The position numbers and the translations under genes are program-made. A stretch of 59,748 nucleotides of DNA, counting the filler, from Candidatus Desantisbacteria bacterium CG1_02_49_89 (GTDB taxonomy: Bacteria > Desantisbacteria > UBA1551): NCBI GenBank assembly GCA_001871075.1. It is 4 parts of 4 records of this genome, joined end to end, with 100 filler letters (N's around TTAATTAATTAA, not from the genome) between each part and the next. Parts side by side here need not be neighbours in the genome. Positions count along the whole stretch, not along the records: positions 30,798 to 50,929 come from MNUP01000077.1; 3 more parts are not named here. One strand, 5' to 3'. The notes under the pieces were generated by a model that was given only the letters and a program-made list of their open reading frames with translations, searched no databases and was not told the origin of the DNA. This document shows, piece by piece, positions 39,273 to 49,269 of this stretch (positions within the stretch are counted from its first letter, which is position 1; each line of letters opens with the position of its first letter).

Positions 39273-42200
39273 TTGGAGGAATTATTGCGTTCAAGGTCGT
39301 TAACTATCCTTTTACTTTTATTATGCCTGCCTGCTATTTCCGCAAACGCGCAAAAATCCCCGGTTTTTTCCTGCCAGGATAACTTTTCAAATTATAATGA
39401 CGGAAGCGACGGTTCTCCGGCGTGGATCACGAGTTCAGCCGGATGGGGAGTGAGCAAAGGCGTTTTTTCATGCGACGATCCGGACAAGCAGTTTGCCGTG
39501 CTCAGTTCTCCTCTGCTGAAAAAGTTCTTTATCGAAGCCCGGCTTACCATACGCGAAAAGACGGGTTCTGACTGGAAGATAGCCGGTATTTCCGTTTTCG
39601 TAGATGAAAAAAACTACTGGCACCTTGCTCTTGCGGAAAAACCGGACAGCGCGGGCGGCGGGCATTTCGTTGAGCTTGTTGAAATGTACGACAACGCCTG
39701 GCTTTCCCAGTCGATCACCCTGACAAAGCTGACGCCGCTGGCTTCAAAAGGGGGGAGTTTCAACTGGGAATATAACCATCCCTATATTTTAAGGATAGAG
39801 ATGGCAGATGAGACAATTACCGGTTTCGTGAAGGAACTGGACGGCACAATAAGGTCAAAACTCGGTTTCAGGTTCAATAACGAAAAAGCGGTGAAATACG
39901 GCAAGCCCGCCCTTGACAACGGCAGTTTCAGGGCTGAGTTTGACGATTTCTCGGTTAAAGCAGAGGAAGATATGAAATCAGCGGTTGAAGATGCAGGAAA
40001 ACCGTCTTTTGCCCCTTATGAAAGCAGGGGATGGGAAGGATTGAAAGGAAAGGCATCGGGATTTTTCCGCGTTGAACAGGCCAAAGGGACCTGGTGGGTG
40101 ATAGACCCTTTCGGGAACGCTTTCTACATAATCGGCACAGACCATGCAAGTTTTAAGGTGCACTGGTGCGAAAAACTCGGTTACGCCCCTTACAGCAGGA
40201 ACTGCGAGAAGATATACGGCACCGAGGAAAAATGGTCTGACAGCACTGTAGGGCGGTTGCTTTCCTGGGGATTCAACAGCCTGGGAGCGAACAGCTCTTT
40301 GTTTATCAGGCACAGGGGACTTGCTCACACAGAGATCCTGGGCATGGGAACAATGTTCGCAGGAATGGAGAACATAACCCCGCGCACAACCTGGACAGGA
40401 TTCCCCAATGTCTTCAGTTCCAGGTTCGAGAAATACTGCGATAAGCTGGCGCAGAAGATATGCGCTCCTGTCAAAGATGATCCCTGGCTGATCGGGTATT
40501 TTATTGACAATGAACTGGAGTGGTATGGCACAGCAGGAAAGGGTATCTTTGATGATGCTTTTTCAAAGCCGGCTGAGAACAGCGCAAAGAAAGCAATTGT
40601 TGAAATGCTGATAAATAAGTATAACAAAATCAATATGTTTAATGAAGCGTGGGGAACCAATCTTTATAAGTTTGAAGAGCTTTATGAGCTTAAAAAGCTT
40701 CCCGGGTCAGCAAGCCCGCAGGCACAGGCTGATAGAAGGGATTTTATCCGGCTTGCAGCTGAAAAATACTTCTCAATTACGTCTGCAGCGATCCGCAGGC
40801 ATGACCCTAACCATATGGTGCTTGGGTGCAGGTTCGCGGGTTCAGCCCCTGACGTATGGGACATAGCAGGCAGGTACTGCGATATTGTCAGCGTGAACTG
40901 CTACAGGACAGTTGACCTGGAGAAAGGCATACTGGCAGACGGGTTTGAAAAAGACCTTGCAAGCTGGTACGGATCAGCAAAGCGGCCGATGATGATAACA
41001 GAGTGGAGTTTTCCGGCTCTTGACGCCGGGCTTCCCTGCAAGGGCGGGGCAGGGCAGCGGGTCCCGATACAGAAGGACAAGGCATTCGCGTTCACGGTTT
41101 TCCAGAAGCTCCTTTTCGCGACGCCGTTCTTAGTGGGTTCGGATTATTTCATGTGGGCAGACGAGCCGGAGCTGGGAATATCCAAGACATTCCCGGAGGA
41201 TTCAAACTACGGGCTTGTGAACGTGAATGATGAGCCGTATACTCTCCTGACCCGGGCGGCAACTGACCTGCACCAATACGTTTATACGCTTCACAGCAGG
41301 AATGCGCCGGAGATCTCCGTAAGGCCGGGCAAAGAGAAGGGATCTTTTGAAATAAGTAACTCCGGCGAAACAGACGCTGCCTGCTCGATAGAGATAATTA
41401 TGGACGGAAAAGTTATCGAGCAGAGGAAGGAAACGATAGGCGGCAACAAGAGCGTTGAGTTAAAAGCAACCTATTCTTTTATTCTTGCGCCCGGAGGCCA
41501 TCTGCTTGCGTGCAAGGCGAAACCTGAAAACGAGTTCCTTGAACTGGACAGGACTAACAATATAGCGACGCAGGTATTATACGTTCCCGGCGCTGCCTGG
41601 TGGGACAAGGCGCAGAAAAATAGTTCAGAGCGGCTTCCTTTTGTTATCTGCAATTTTTCGGATAAAACCGTCAAGGACGCGAGCGTTATATTAAAAACGC
41701 CGGACATCTACCCGTTCCTGCAGAAGGCAAAAAAATTAAGCGTGGTTTGCGCGTCAGCGTCAGGCGTAATAAATGAGATCGCGCCTTTCCAGGCCAGGCC
41801 GGCAGAAGGGGAGATAGCCGTTTTCGCGAATGAGATAAAGCCAATGGAATGCGCTACGTTTTACCTGTATAACGGGAACCTGGCTGCAGTCCAGCCCCAG
41901 AGATCAAAGATTGAGTATAAAAAAGAAGGTGACGTTTTCGGCGCGGACAACGGGGTAATGAAATTTTACAGGACTGACGCGGCAAAAGGGAATGCTTTTG
42001 ACAGGATCGAGCTGAAAGGCATTGAGCTGGGAAGGTTCACGCCGCTGGTGTGGCAGAAGGTGGGCCAGAACATGTGGATCGGCCCGGATAGCGTGGAGAA
42101 TATAGAGATCAACCACGGCCCGGTCTTCCTTTCTTTCGACATGACGTTTTCTTTTTCCCGCGGCGGGAGCGAGATGAAAACAGAGGTTGACAGCAAAGGC

Positions 42201-42674
42201 AATTACGCTTCCATGACCAGCCGCCCGCACAGTTTTCGCGCGAAATACAGGATAACGATCTTCCCTGAAAAACAATATTTTTCAAGCAGGATGCTGTGGA
42301 TCGAGAATACCGACAAAGAACCCTGGGAACTGGGTGCTTATTACCACTACCTTGTCTCGAACATAAACGGCAGCGTGAAGGACGATGAGGCAAGGGGAAC
42401 AAAATGGTTTGATCCCGGAACCGGCATATCTTTCGGCGCAGCGGCATTCTCGCCCGAGATAAAGATAACGTTCTGGAAAGACCCGGGCGGGACAGAGCAT
42501 CCGGATACCTGGCGCGAGGTCGGCAAAATGTTGAAGCCGGGTGAGCGATATTCGGACCCCCAGCCCGAAGTTTATATTATCGCGGCAAAAACCGAAGGGG
42601 AGTGGAAGGAAATAATTGATTCCATCAAGTTCCATTCCGCGCTCTCAGCCCAGTCCTTTCCCATAGAAAAATAA
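39273..42674 (+). CDS. large secreted clan-A glycoside hydrolase (agarase/GH50- or GH42-like) with accessory domains
   Basis: Signal peptide; GFFRVEQ...WWVIDP.G, WGFNSLG, DPWLIGYFIDNELEW, DPNHMVLGCRF, ITEW and NYGLV motifs. Confidence 0.7.
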   Translation: MEELLRSRSLTILLLLLCLPAISANAQKSPVFSCQDNFSNYNDGSDGSPAWITSSAGWGVSKGVFSCDDPDKQFAVLSSPLLKKFFIEARLTIREKTGSDWKIAGISVFVDEKNYWHLALAEKPDSAGGGHFVELVEMYDNAWLSQSITLTKLTPLASKGGSFNWEYNHPYILRIEMADETITGFVKELDGTIRSKLGFRFNNEKAVKYGKPALDNGSFRAEFDDFSVKAEEDMKSAVEDAGKPSFAPYESRGWEGLKGKASGFFRVEQAKGTWWVIDPFGNAFYIIGTDHASFKVHWCEKLGYAPYSRNCEKIYGTEEKWSDSTVGRLLSWGFNSLGANSSLFIRHRGLAHTEILGMGTMFAGMENITPRTTWTGFPNVFSSRFEKYCDKLAQKICAPVKDDPWLIGYFIDNELEWYGTAGKGIFDDAFSKPAENSAKKAIVEMLINKYNKINMFNEAWGTNLYKFEELYELKKLPGSASPQAQADRRDFIRLAAEKYFSITSAAIRRHDPNHMVLGCRFAGSAPDVWDIAGRYCDIVSVNCYRTVDLEKGILADGFEKDLASWYGSAKRPMMITEWSFPALDAGLPCKGGAGQRVPIQKDKAFAFTVFQKLLFATPFLVGSDYFMWADEPELGISKTFPEDSNYGLVNVNDEPYTLLTRAATDLHQYVYTLHSRNAPEISVRPGKEKGSFEISNSGETDAACSIEIIMDGKVIEQRKETIGGNKSVELKATYSFILAPGGHLLACKAKPENEFLELDRTNNIATQVLYVPGAAWWDKAQKNSSERLPFVICNFSDKTVKDASVILKTPDIYPFLQKAKKLSVVCASASGVINEIAPFQARPAEGEIAVFANEIKPMECATFYLYNGNLAAVQPQRSKIEYKKEGDVFGADNGVMKFYRTDAAKGNAFDRIELKGIELGRFTPLVWQKVGQNMWIGPDSVENIEINHGPVFLSFDMTFSFSRGGSEMKTEVDSKGNYASMTSRPHSFRAKYRITIFPEKQYFSSRMLWIENTDKEPWELGAYYHYLVSNINGSVKDDEARGTKWFDPGTGISFGAAAFSPEIKITFWKDPGGTEHPDTWREVGKMLKPGERYSDPQPEVYIIAAKTEGEWKEIIDSIKFHSALSAQSFPIEK

Positions 42675-42685
42675 ATCCCTGTCAT

Positions 42686-42791
42686 GTCATTGCGAGCCGA
42701 AGCCGCGAGCGAAGCGTGGCGGGACGAAGCAATCTGTATTGTAGCGGTCCGATGTATCGTCGCACTTGTAGGGGCTCGATTTATCGAGCCC
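42686..42791. repeat. REP-like stack
   Basis: GTCATTGCGAG...GAAGCAATC, GTAGCGGTCCGATGTATCGTCGCAC and GTAGGGGCTCGATTTATCGAGCCC. Confidence 0.8.
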
Positions 42792-42817
42792 GAAATCCTT
42801 TTGCTCCCCCCTGCGCC

Positions 42818-42953
42818 TGTATAATATAATCGAAAATTGACCCACTTAGGCGGTAGTTGTAGTTGAAATTTGATCCACCCTGCAATATAATTTCGGAATT
42901 TAGGTGGGTCAAACCGGATTACAACATGGGTCAAAATGACATTACAATTGACA
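42818..42953. mobile_element. non-autonomous element with IS21-like ends
   Basis: Starts TGT, ends ACA; two TTGA(C/T)CCAC boxes at the left and two TGGGTCAAA boxes at the right in inverted orientation; no ORF. Confidence 0.65.
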
Positions 42954-42981
42954 CCTCGTAGGTTGGAATGGTTGCCGAAGG

Positions 42982-43006
42982 ATCCGTCTTTAAGACGGAT
43001 TTTTTT
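42982..43006 (+). terminator. intrinsic terminator-like hairpin
   Basis: ATCCGTC-TTTAA-GACGGAT followed by a T run. Confidence 0.6.
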
Positions 43007-43014
43007 GTTTTTCC

Positions 43015-43043
43015 TTGCATTTTTATTTAATTTAGTATATAAT
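43015..43043 (+). promoter_or_regulatory. sigma70-type promoter
   Basis: TTGCAT (43015-43020), 17-bp spacer, TATAAT (43038-43043). Confidence 0.55.
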
Positions 43044-43269
43044 ATATAAGTCTAAATAATTTGAGAAAGTATAATATAGTGGCTGGCAGGTTTGTTCCGA
43101 TGGAATCCCTTTGGGACAATCCGTCGTTGCGAGCCGAAGCCGCGAGTGAAACGTGGCGGGCAAGCGAAGCAATCTCGTATCTGGATTGCTTCACCCTTCG
43201 GGTTCGCAATGACATGTTGGTTGGAATTTAATATTGCAGAGTACCAAGAACTTCCGGAGTGTGAAATAA

Positions 43270-43482
43270 ATGAAAAAATATGTTTCTGAAGAAAAAGAAT
43301 GGCTGGAACTGAGCCCGAAGCAGAGAATAAAAGAGCAAACTATGCTCTGGCAGATATACATGTCCCTTGGAGGTAGCCTTGATCCGGAACCCGATCCTCA
43401 AAGTCCTTTTTACTTTCCGGAAATTCGGTGTAAAAAGCCTTCTGATCGGAGGGCAGGCGTGCATTATCTACGGCGCCGCTGA
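43270..43482 (+). CDS. small hypothetical protein (candidate antitoxin/partner of the downstream nucleotidyltransferase)
   Basis: 70 aa, W..LSP.QR...LW..Y..LGGSLDPEPDPQSPF; overlaps the next gene. Confidence 0.55.
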   Translation: MKKYVSEEKEWLELSPKQRIKEQTMLWQIYMSLGGSLDPEPDPQSPFYFPEIRCKKPSDRRAGVHYLRRR

Positions 43483-44116
43483 ATTCAGCAGGGATTCAGA
43501 TTTCGCGGTCCTCTGTGACGCGGAGAATATCAAAAGACTAAAAAAAGCCCTGCGGTCTCTAAAGGCAAAAAATATCTATGTCCCGCCTTTGGAACAAAGC
43601 TATCTTAAGACGGGACACGCCTGCCATTTCAGGTGTTCCGGCAGGCCGGTTAAAAATTTCAGGGTTGACGTGATCTCGAAACTCAGGGGCTGCGGGAGTT
43701 TTGAAGAATTATGGGACCGGAGATTCATTTTGAGGGTTGGGAAAAACATAAGCGTTGATATAATCAGCATAGAAGACCTTGCAAGAAGCAAGAAGACCCA
43801 GAGGGATAAGGACTGGCTGATGCTGAACAGGCTGGTTCTGAGCGATATGTCAAGGACCAAAAGACCGTCAGAAGAAAAAAATAAATGGTGGCTGCTTGAA
43901 TGCAGGGACAGCAAGGTTCTTATAAACCTGTCAGGAAGTAACAAGGCCCTGGCAAAAGAGTGCCTGGTTGAAAGGCCGTTGCTGAAAGCAGCTTTAACCG
44001 GACACGCGGCAAAACTGGACGCTCAGCTCAGGCAGGAGGAAAAAAAGGAGCGGGAGGATGACAGAAAATACTGGAAACCTTTGTTAAAGGAACTTGAAGT
44101 TTTAAGGCATAATTAA
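43367..44116 (+). CDS. Pol-beta superfamily nucleotidyltransferase-like protein (start may be TTG at 43379)
   Basis: LLIGGQA...SRDSDF (hG[G/S]...DxD), RVD, and L..SKKTQRDKD motifs. Confidence 0.7.
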   Translation: MEVALIRNPILKVLFTFRKFGVKSLLIGGQACIIYGAAEFSRDSDFAVLCDAENIKRLKKALRSLKAKNIYVPPLEQSYLKTGHACHFRCSGRPVKNFRVDVISKLRGCGSFEELWDRRFILRVGKNISVDIISIEDLARSKKTQRDKDWLMLNRLVLSDMSRTKRPSEEKNKWWLLECRDSKVLINLSGSNKALAKECLVERPLLKAALTGHAAKLDAQLRQEEKKEREDDRKYWKPLLKELEVLRHN

Positions 44117-44160
44117 CACTTTGATCTGTTTAAAAATTACTGAGATCAGGAGTTGAGAAA

Positions 44161-45399
44161 ATGGATGCGATTTCAAGGCAAGATCCGATAGTCGGAAAGA
44201 TCCTGAAAAACGAGATGAAACGCCAGCAGGAAAACCTGATCATGATCGCTTCAGAGAATTACGTGAGCCCGGCTGTGCTTGAGGCGCAGGGATGCATAAT
44301 GACGAATAAATACGCCGAAGGCTATCCGGGGAAACGCTTCTACCAGGGCTGCGGCAATTACGACAAGGTTGAGTCGCTCGCTATCAGCAGGGCAAAGAAG
44401 CTTTTCGGCGCTGAGCACGTGAACGTCCAGCCGCATTCAGGTTCCCAGGCGAATATGTGCGTGTATTTCGCGGCCCTGAAACCAGGTGATAGAATATTAT
44501 CCATGAGGCTTGACCAGGGCGGGCATCTTACCCACGGACTCAAGTCGAATTTCTCCGGAAGGGCGTACAGGTGCGCGTTTTACGGTGTGAGCAAGAAAAC
44601 CGAGACCATTGATTACGATGAGGTTATGAGGATCGCGAAGAAATTCAGGCCGAAACTGATAGTTTGCGGGGCAAGCAGTTATCCCAGGATCATTGATTTC
44701 CGAAGGTTCAGGCGGATCGCCGACAAATGCGGCGCTATGCTGATGGCTGATATCGCGCATATAGCGGGCCTTGTTGTCGGGGGAGTGCATCCGAACCCTG
44801 TTTCTTACTGCGATTTCGTTACGACTACCACCCACAAAACCCTAAGGGGCGGAAGGGGCGCGATAATTATGTGCAGGAAAAAATACGCGGATGCAATAGA
44901 CAGGGCTGTTTTCCCAGGGACACAGGGCGGCCCGCTCATGCACGAGATAGCCGCAAAAGCTGTTGCTTTCGGGGAAGCAATGAGCCCGAAGTTCAGGCTG
45001 TACCAAAAAAATATAGTAAGGAACGCAAGGATCCTTGCAATAGCGCTTCTTGGCAGCGGCATACGGCTTATTTCACGCGGCACAGACAACCACCTGATGG
45101 CAGCCGACGTATCGGGTTTTGGCATTGACGGAAAAAAGGCGGCAGCGATCCTTGAAGAAGCCGGCATCGTGGTTAATAAGAACCAGATACCTTTTGACAG
45201 GCTCCCGCCTACACGTACAAGCGGGATACGCATCGGAACTCCCGCAATAACAAGCAGGGGGATGGGCCCTAAAGAGATGATCCTGATAGCAAGCTGGATC
45301 AAGCGGGTTCTCATGCGCCCGGGTAATAAAAACCTGCGCGTAATGATCAAAAAAGAAGTAAAGAAGCTGTGCGCGCGCTTTCCAATATACAGTAAATAA
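44161..45399 (+). CDS. glyA: serine hydroxymethyltransferase
   Basis: [40 protein letters not shown] (PLP Lys) and SGIRIGTPA. Confidence 0.97.
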   Translation: MDAISRQDPIVGKILKNEMKRQQENLIMIASENYVSPAVLEAQGCIMTNKYAEGYPGKRFYQGCGNYDKVESLAISRAKKLFGAEHVNVQPHSGSQANMCVYFAALKPGDRILSMRLDQGGHLTHGLKSNFSGRAYRCAFYGVSKKTETIDYDEVMRIAKKFRPKLIVCGASSYPRIIDFRRFRRIADKCGAMLMADIAHIAGLVVGGVHPNPVSYCDFVTTTTHKTLRGGRGAIIMCRKKYADAIDRAVFPGTQGGPLMHEIAAKAVAFGEAMSPKFRLYQKNIVRNARILAIALLGSGIRLISRGTDNHLMAADVSGFGIDGKKAAAILEEAGIVVNKNQIPFDRLPPTRTSGIRIGTPAITSRGMGPKEMILIASWIKRVLMRPGNKNLRVMIKKEVKKLCARFPIYSK

Positions 45400-45400
45400 C

Positions 45401-45500
45401 AATTATGAATTATGAGTTATGAATTATGAGTCAAGGAATTTAGTTTAAAATAAAACTCCTTGTTGTTGATTCATAACTCAGCATTCATAATTCATAATTA
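45401..45500. repeat. TTATGAA/TCATAAT heptamer hairpin element
   Basis: Reverse complement closely matches 49155-49253. Confidence 0.9.
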
Positions 45501-45503
45501 ATT

Positions 45504-46883
45504 ATGGAAAAAATACAAAATGATACTATTGCGGCAATAGCGACACCTGTGGGCGAAGGCGGTATAGGGATAATACGCCTCAGCGGCTCTGGTTCTTTGA
45601 AGATCGCGGACGGCATCTTCGAAGGAAAACACGGCAGGAACAAACCTTCCGGGTTCTTGACTTATACAACGCATTACGGGCTTATACGCGACAAGAGCGA
45701 AAAGATCGATGAGGTGATACTCACGGTTATGCGCGCTCCCAAAACCTACACGCGTGAGGACGTTGTTGAGATAAACTGCCACAGCGGCATTGTCCCCTTG
45801 CGGAAAATACTTGAGCTTGTGCTGGCAAGGGGCGCCAGGATCGCGGAACCGGGTGAATTCACGAAAAGGGCTTTTCTGAGCGGCAGGATCGACCTGAGCC
45901 AGGCTGAAGCGGTCGCGGATGTTGTGCGCGCGAAGACCGACCTGAGCCTGAAAGCCGCGATGGGGCAGCTTCAGGGAGGGCTGTCAAAAAAGATCAGCTC
46001 TGCGCGGGCCGGGCTCCTGAACCTGCTTGCGGACATAGAAGCTTCAATTGATTTTCCTGAGGAAGATACCGGGGATGTGCCGGGAAACATGCTCGCGGGA
46101 AAGCTTGACCAATGCAGGATCGAGCTTGAAGGCCTGCTTAAGACATTTGACGCGGGAAGACTGCTTAAAGAAGGGGTTTCAGCCGCGATAATCGGGCGGC
46201 CTAACGTAGGCAAATCGTCTCTGTTGAACTGCCTGGTGGGAAAGGAAAGGGCGATAGTGACTTCCGTGCCCGGGACCACAACAGATACCATAGAAGAAAC
46301 AATGGATGTCGGAGGGGTCCATATCAGGGTTATTGACACTGCAGGCATAGGCCGCAGGGGTAAAAGACCCGGGATCATTGAGGCAGAGGGGATAAGGAGA
46401 GCGGGCAGAGTTATGGAGGTTTCACAGCTGCTTTTGCTTGTCCTGGACGGCTCGCAGCCGCTGAAAGCTGAGGACAGGAAGTTACTCGGCAGAATAAAAA
46501 ATAGGAAAGCCATCATACTTATAAACAAGATAGATCTTCGACAAAAGATAAAATCGAAAGACCTGCAAACCGCGCATCCGGCCATAGAGATCTCGGCAAA
46601 GAAAAACAGGAACATAGACAAGGTCCGCGCGCAGATAAGCAGGGAAGTCTGGGGCGGAAAGATCGATTTTACCGGAGACGCGGTGCTTACGAGCATAAGG
46701 CATAAGAATGAGATCGGATCCGCAGTGAAGAATCTGCGGTCTGCCGGAAGCTCAGCCGGTTCGGCTGAGCTTGCTTCAATGGATATCAGGGAAGCAATTA
46801 ACGCGCTCGGCAGGATAACAGGCGAAACAATAACCGAAGATATCCTGGACAGGATCTTCGACAAATTCTGCATAGGTAAATGA
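45504..46883 (+). CDS. mnmE: tRNA modification GTPase MnmE (TrmE)
   Basis: DTIAAIAT, IRLSG, GEFTKRAF, GRPNVGKSS, DTAG, NKID and C-terminal FCIGK. Confidence 0.96.
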   Translation: MEKIQNDTIAAIATPVGEGGIGIIRLSGSGSLKIADGIFEGKHGRNKPSGFLTYTTHYGLIRDKSEKIDEVILTVMRAPKTYTREDVVEINCHSGIVPLRKILELVLARGARIAEPGEFTKRAFLSGRIDLSQAEAVADVVRAKTDLSLKAAMGQLQGGLSKKISSARAGLLNLLADIEASIDFPEEDTGDVPGNMLAGKLDQCRIELEGLLKTFDAGRLLKEGVSAAIIGRPNVGKSSLLNCLVGKERAIVTSVPGTTTDTIEETMDVGGVHIRVIDTAGIGRRGKRPGIIEAEGIRRAGRVMEVSQLLLLVLDGSQPLKAEDRKLLGRIKNRKAIILINKIDLRQKIKSKDLQTAHPAIEISAKKNRNIDKVRAQISREVWGGKIDFTGDAVLTSIRHKNEIGSAVKNLRSAGSSAGSAELASMDIREAINALGRITGETITEDILDRIFDKFCIGK

Positions 46884-46893
46884 GCAGTAAATA

Positions 46894-46982
46894 TTGTGAG
46901 ATTTTAAGATTTAAGATTGTAAGATTGTTTAAAAATAATTCAACTTCTTTTCACTCTCACAATCTTACATCTCACAATCTTC
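46894..46982. repeat. AAGATTGT/ACAATCTC 7-8-mer hairpin element
   Basis: Inverted arrays around an AT-rich spacer. Confidence 0.8.
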
Positions 46983-47007
46983 AATAGCAAGCTCTGCGGG
47001 GGTTGGT

Positions 47008-47952
47008 GTGCTGAAGCTGGGAGTAGCGGGGTATGAGGGGCATGGCCAGGCTTTTACTGAGGCGCTTAACGGAACAGAACTCGGTGATAAGCTGGGAATG
47101 AAAGTAGCCGTGATCTGGCAGGACCCTGACAATAAAAAATCCCATGAGAACATGCTTTCGGCAAGCGACAAGCTGGGTTTCCAGGTCGCGCACACCCTGA
47201 AGGAACTTGAAGAGGGGAATGACGGCATAATAATAGGGGAAGAACGCCCGACAAGGTATCTTGAGCTGGCAAAGCCGTTCATGCAGAAAAAATTGCCCAC
47301 TTTTATAAACAGGCCGGTCGGGGCAAGCGTAGGTGACGCAGGAGCCATTTTTCATATGGCAAAGAATTACAGGACACCGATACTTACCGGCTCTTCTCTT
47401 GTTTTTGACCCGGTTGTGCGCAACCTGATAACCGAGGTGGAAGCATTTAAGCCGATACAGCTCTTTTATGATACAGGGCCCACTAATTTCGTAAATTTCT
47501 ATTTGCCGCACGTCATAAGCGTTGCGGTTACCGTGTTCGGCGCCGGTGTTTTACAGGTCCGCTGCCTTGCGCTTGAATGGGATGAGCCCGGATGGACCTG
47601 CAAGGGAAGCATCATTGCCAGCGTGGAATATTCGGACAAGGCAAAATACCCTGGGCTGCACGGCATAATAGCGCAGGTCCCTGACCCGGTTAAGAACTGG
47701 TACGGCTTCAGGCTGAAAGTATTCGGGGCAGGCGAATCGCAGGAATACAACACATACCAGTCGCACGGCTGGCAGGAGATACTTGAAGCGTTCAAGCAGG
47801 TCATTGAGACCAAAAAACCGGTGATACCCGAAGAAGAGGCTATGGAAGTGCCGAAGATATATTACGCGATACTGAGGAGCGCGTCTGAAAGGCGGCCGAT
47901 ACAGCTTTCCGAGTTTGACGACGAGATAAAAGACAGGATATGGATGCTTTGA
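47008..47952 (+). CDS. Gfo/Idh/MocA-like oxidoreductase (divergent)
   Basis: N-terminal KLGVAG...H, A.PF...LPTFINRP, GSSL and Y.PH motifs. Confidence 0.6.
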   Translation: MLKLGVAGYEGHGQAFTEALNGTELGDKLGMKVAVIWQDPDNKKSHENMLSASDKLGFQVAHTLKELEEGNDGIIIGEERPTRYLELAKPFMQKKLPTFINRPVGASVGDAGAIFHMAKNYRTPILTGSSLVFDPVVRNLITEVEAFKPIQLFYDTGPTNFVNFYLPHVISVAVTVFGAGVLQVRCLALEWDEPGWTCKGSIIASVEYSDKAKYPGLHGIIAQVPDPVKNWYGFRLKVFGAGESQEYNTYQSHGWQEILEAFKQVIETKKPVIPEEEAMEVPKIYYAILRSASERRPIQLSEFDDEIKDRIWML

Positions 47953-48013
47953 TTCCAAATAAAAGTTAAAATTCAAATTGCAAAATGTAAATTTCAAATT
48001 GAAGGAATAAAAT

Positions 48014-49156
48014 ATGACATCGAAAGAAAGAATGCTGACAGCGATGCGGAACAAACAGCCGGATATGGTGCCGGTCGCGCCGGATATGTCCAACATGATC
48101 CCCGCGAAACTTACAGGAAAACCTTTCTGGGACATATACCTGTACAGGAATCCGCCATTATGGAAGGCGTATATAGATACGGTAAGGCATTTCGGCATCG
48201 ACGGATGGCTGGCCAGTATTGACGGGCAGATCTTTGATGATTATCCCCAGCCCGGCTACAAGACGGAAAACGTCATTGTTTTCAGGAATGAAGAGCGGAT
48301 AATAACCAGGGTGTATTCAGAAAAAGAAAAAGGGAAAAAAGAATGGTCCGATTTCATAACGGTATATTACGTGAAAGACCCGCCGACCTACCTTAAAGCC
48401 TCGAAGATAGGGATGCAGGCCCCGCCTGAAAAATGGTGGCAGATCGAGGGGGTAAAGCCGGAAAAAAAGGATGAAGCGCTCCTGGCTGAGGTTAAGGAAT
48501 ATATGGGCGATGACGGCGTGTCCGCGGTGGGATGCTGCCCGCCCCAGCTGAGCAACCCGGAAGGCGGCGGTTACTCGGTTTTTGACTATTACGACAGGTA
48601 CAAAGAAGTAAAGGAGTGGAGCGAAAGGGCCACGGAGGACATCCTCAAACGCCTTAGAAAGGTCCTGTCTTCCCCGTCAAGGCCGGATTTCATACTTACA
48701 GGCGGTTCCGGTATGCTTGTTTTTATGACTCCGAAAATAGTGCGCGATATTTCGTTCCCGGCGCTGAAAAAAATAACTACAATGTGCAAGGATGCGGGCG
48801 TCCCCACACAGATCCACTGCTGCGGGCCAGAAAGAGCGCTTGTGGAGATGTGCGCCAATGAAACAGACCTTACTTCCATAAATCCGCTGGAGATCCCGCC
48901 TATGGGGGACTGCGACCTTGCCGAGATAAAGAGATCATTCGGGAAGAATCTTTCCCTGATGGGCAACCTGCATACTACGGAAGTCATGCTGCGTGGAAAA
49001 GTCGCGGATGTTAAAAACGCCTCAAAGAAAGCGATTGACGATGCTGCCGCGGGCGGCGGGTTCTTGTTATCCACAGGTGACCAGTGCGGCAGGGATACAC
49101 CCGAGGAAAATATTTTCGCGATGGTGGAAACAGCGCGGTCTTATGGTAAATATTAG
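48014..49156 (+). CDS. uroporphyrinogen decarboxylase (URO-D/MtaA-CmuA) fold protein
   Basis: MTSKERML...PDMVPV, HCCG, PLE.PP.GD, LMGNL and GGGFLLSTG. Confidence 0.82.
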   Translation: MTSKERMLTAMRNKQPDMVPVAPDMSNMIPAKLTGKPFWDIYLYRNPPLWKAYIDTVRHFGIDGWLASIDGQIFDDYPQPGYKTENVIVFRNEERIITRVYSEKEKGKKEWSDFITVYYVKDPPTYLKASKIGMQAPPEKWWQIEGVKPEKKDEALLAEVKEYMGDDGVSAVGCCPPQLSNPEGGGYSVFDYYDRYKEVKEWSERATEDILKRLRKVLSSPSRPDFILTGGSGMLVFMTPKIVRDISFPALKKITTMCKDAGVPTQIHCCGPERALVEMCANETDLTSINPLEIPPMGDCDLAEIKRSFGKNLSLMGNLHTTEVMLRGKVADVKNASKKAIDDAAAGGGFLLSTGDQCGRDTPEENIFAMVETARSYGKY

Positions 49157-49253
49157 TTATGAATTATGAATGCTGAGTTATGAATCAACTGCAAGGAGTT
49201 TAAATTTTAAATAAATTCCTTGACTTATAATTCATAACTCATAATTCAGCATT
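49155..49253. repeat. TTATGAA/TCATAAT heptamer hairpin element
   Basis: Same family and core as the elements at 12686, 37431 and 45401. Confidence 0.9.
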
Positions 49254-49269
49254 CGAGCGGGAGCGAGTC

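Noticed and set aside
45971-46873. Long minus-strand ORFs (e.g. 1180-2106, 11742-12485, 35100-35813, 45971-46873, 55224-56000)
   Set aside because: Antisense shadows of well-supported + strand genes with no recognisable motifs
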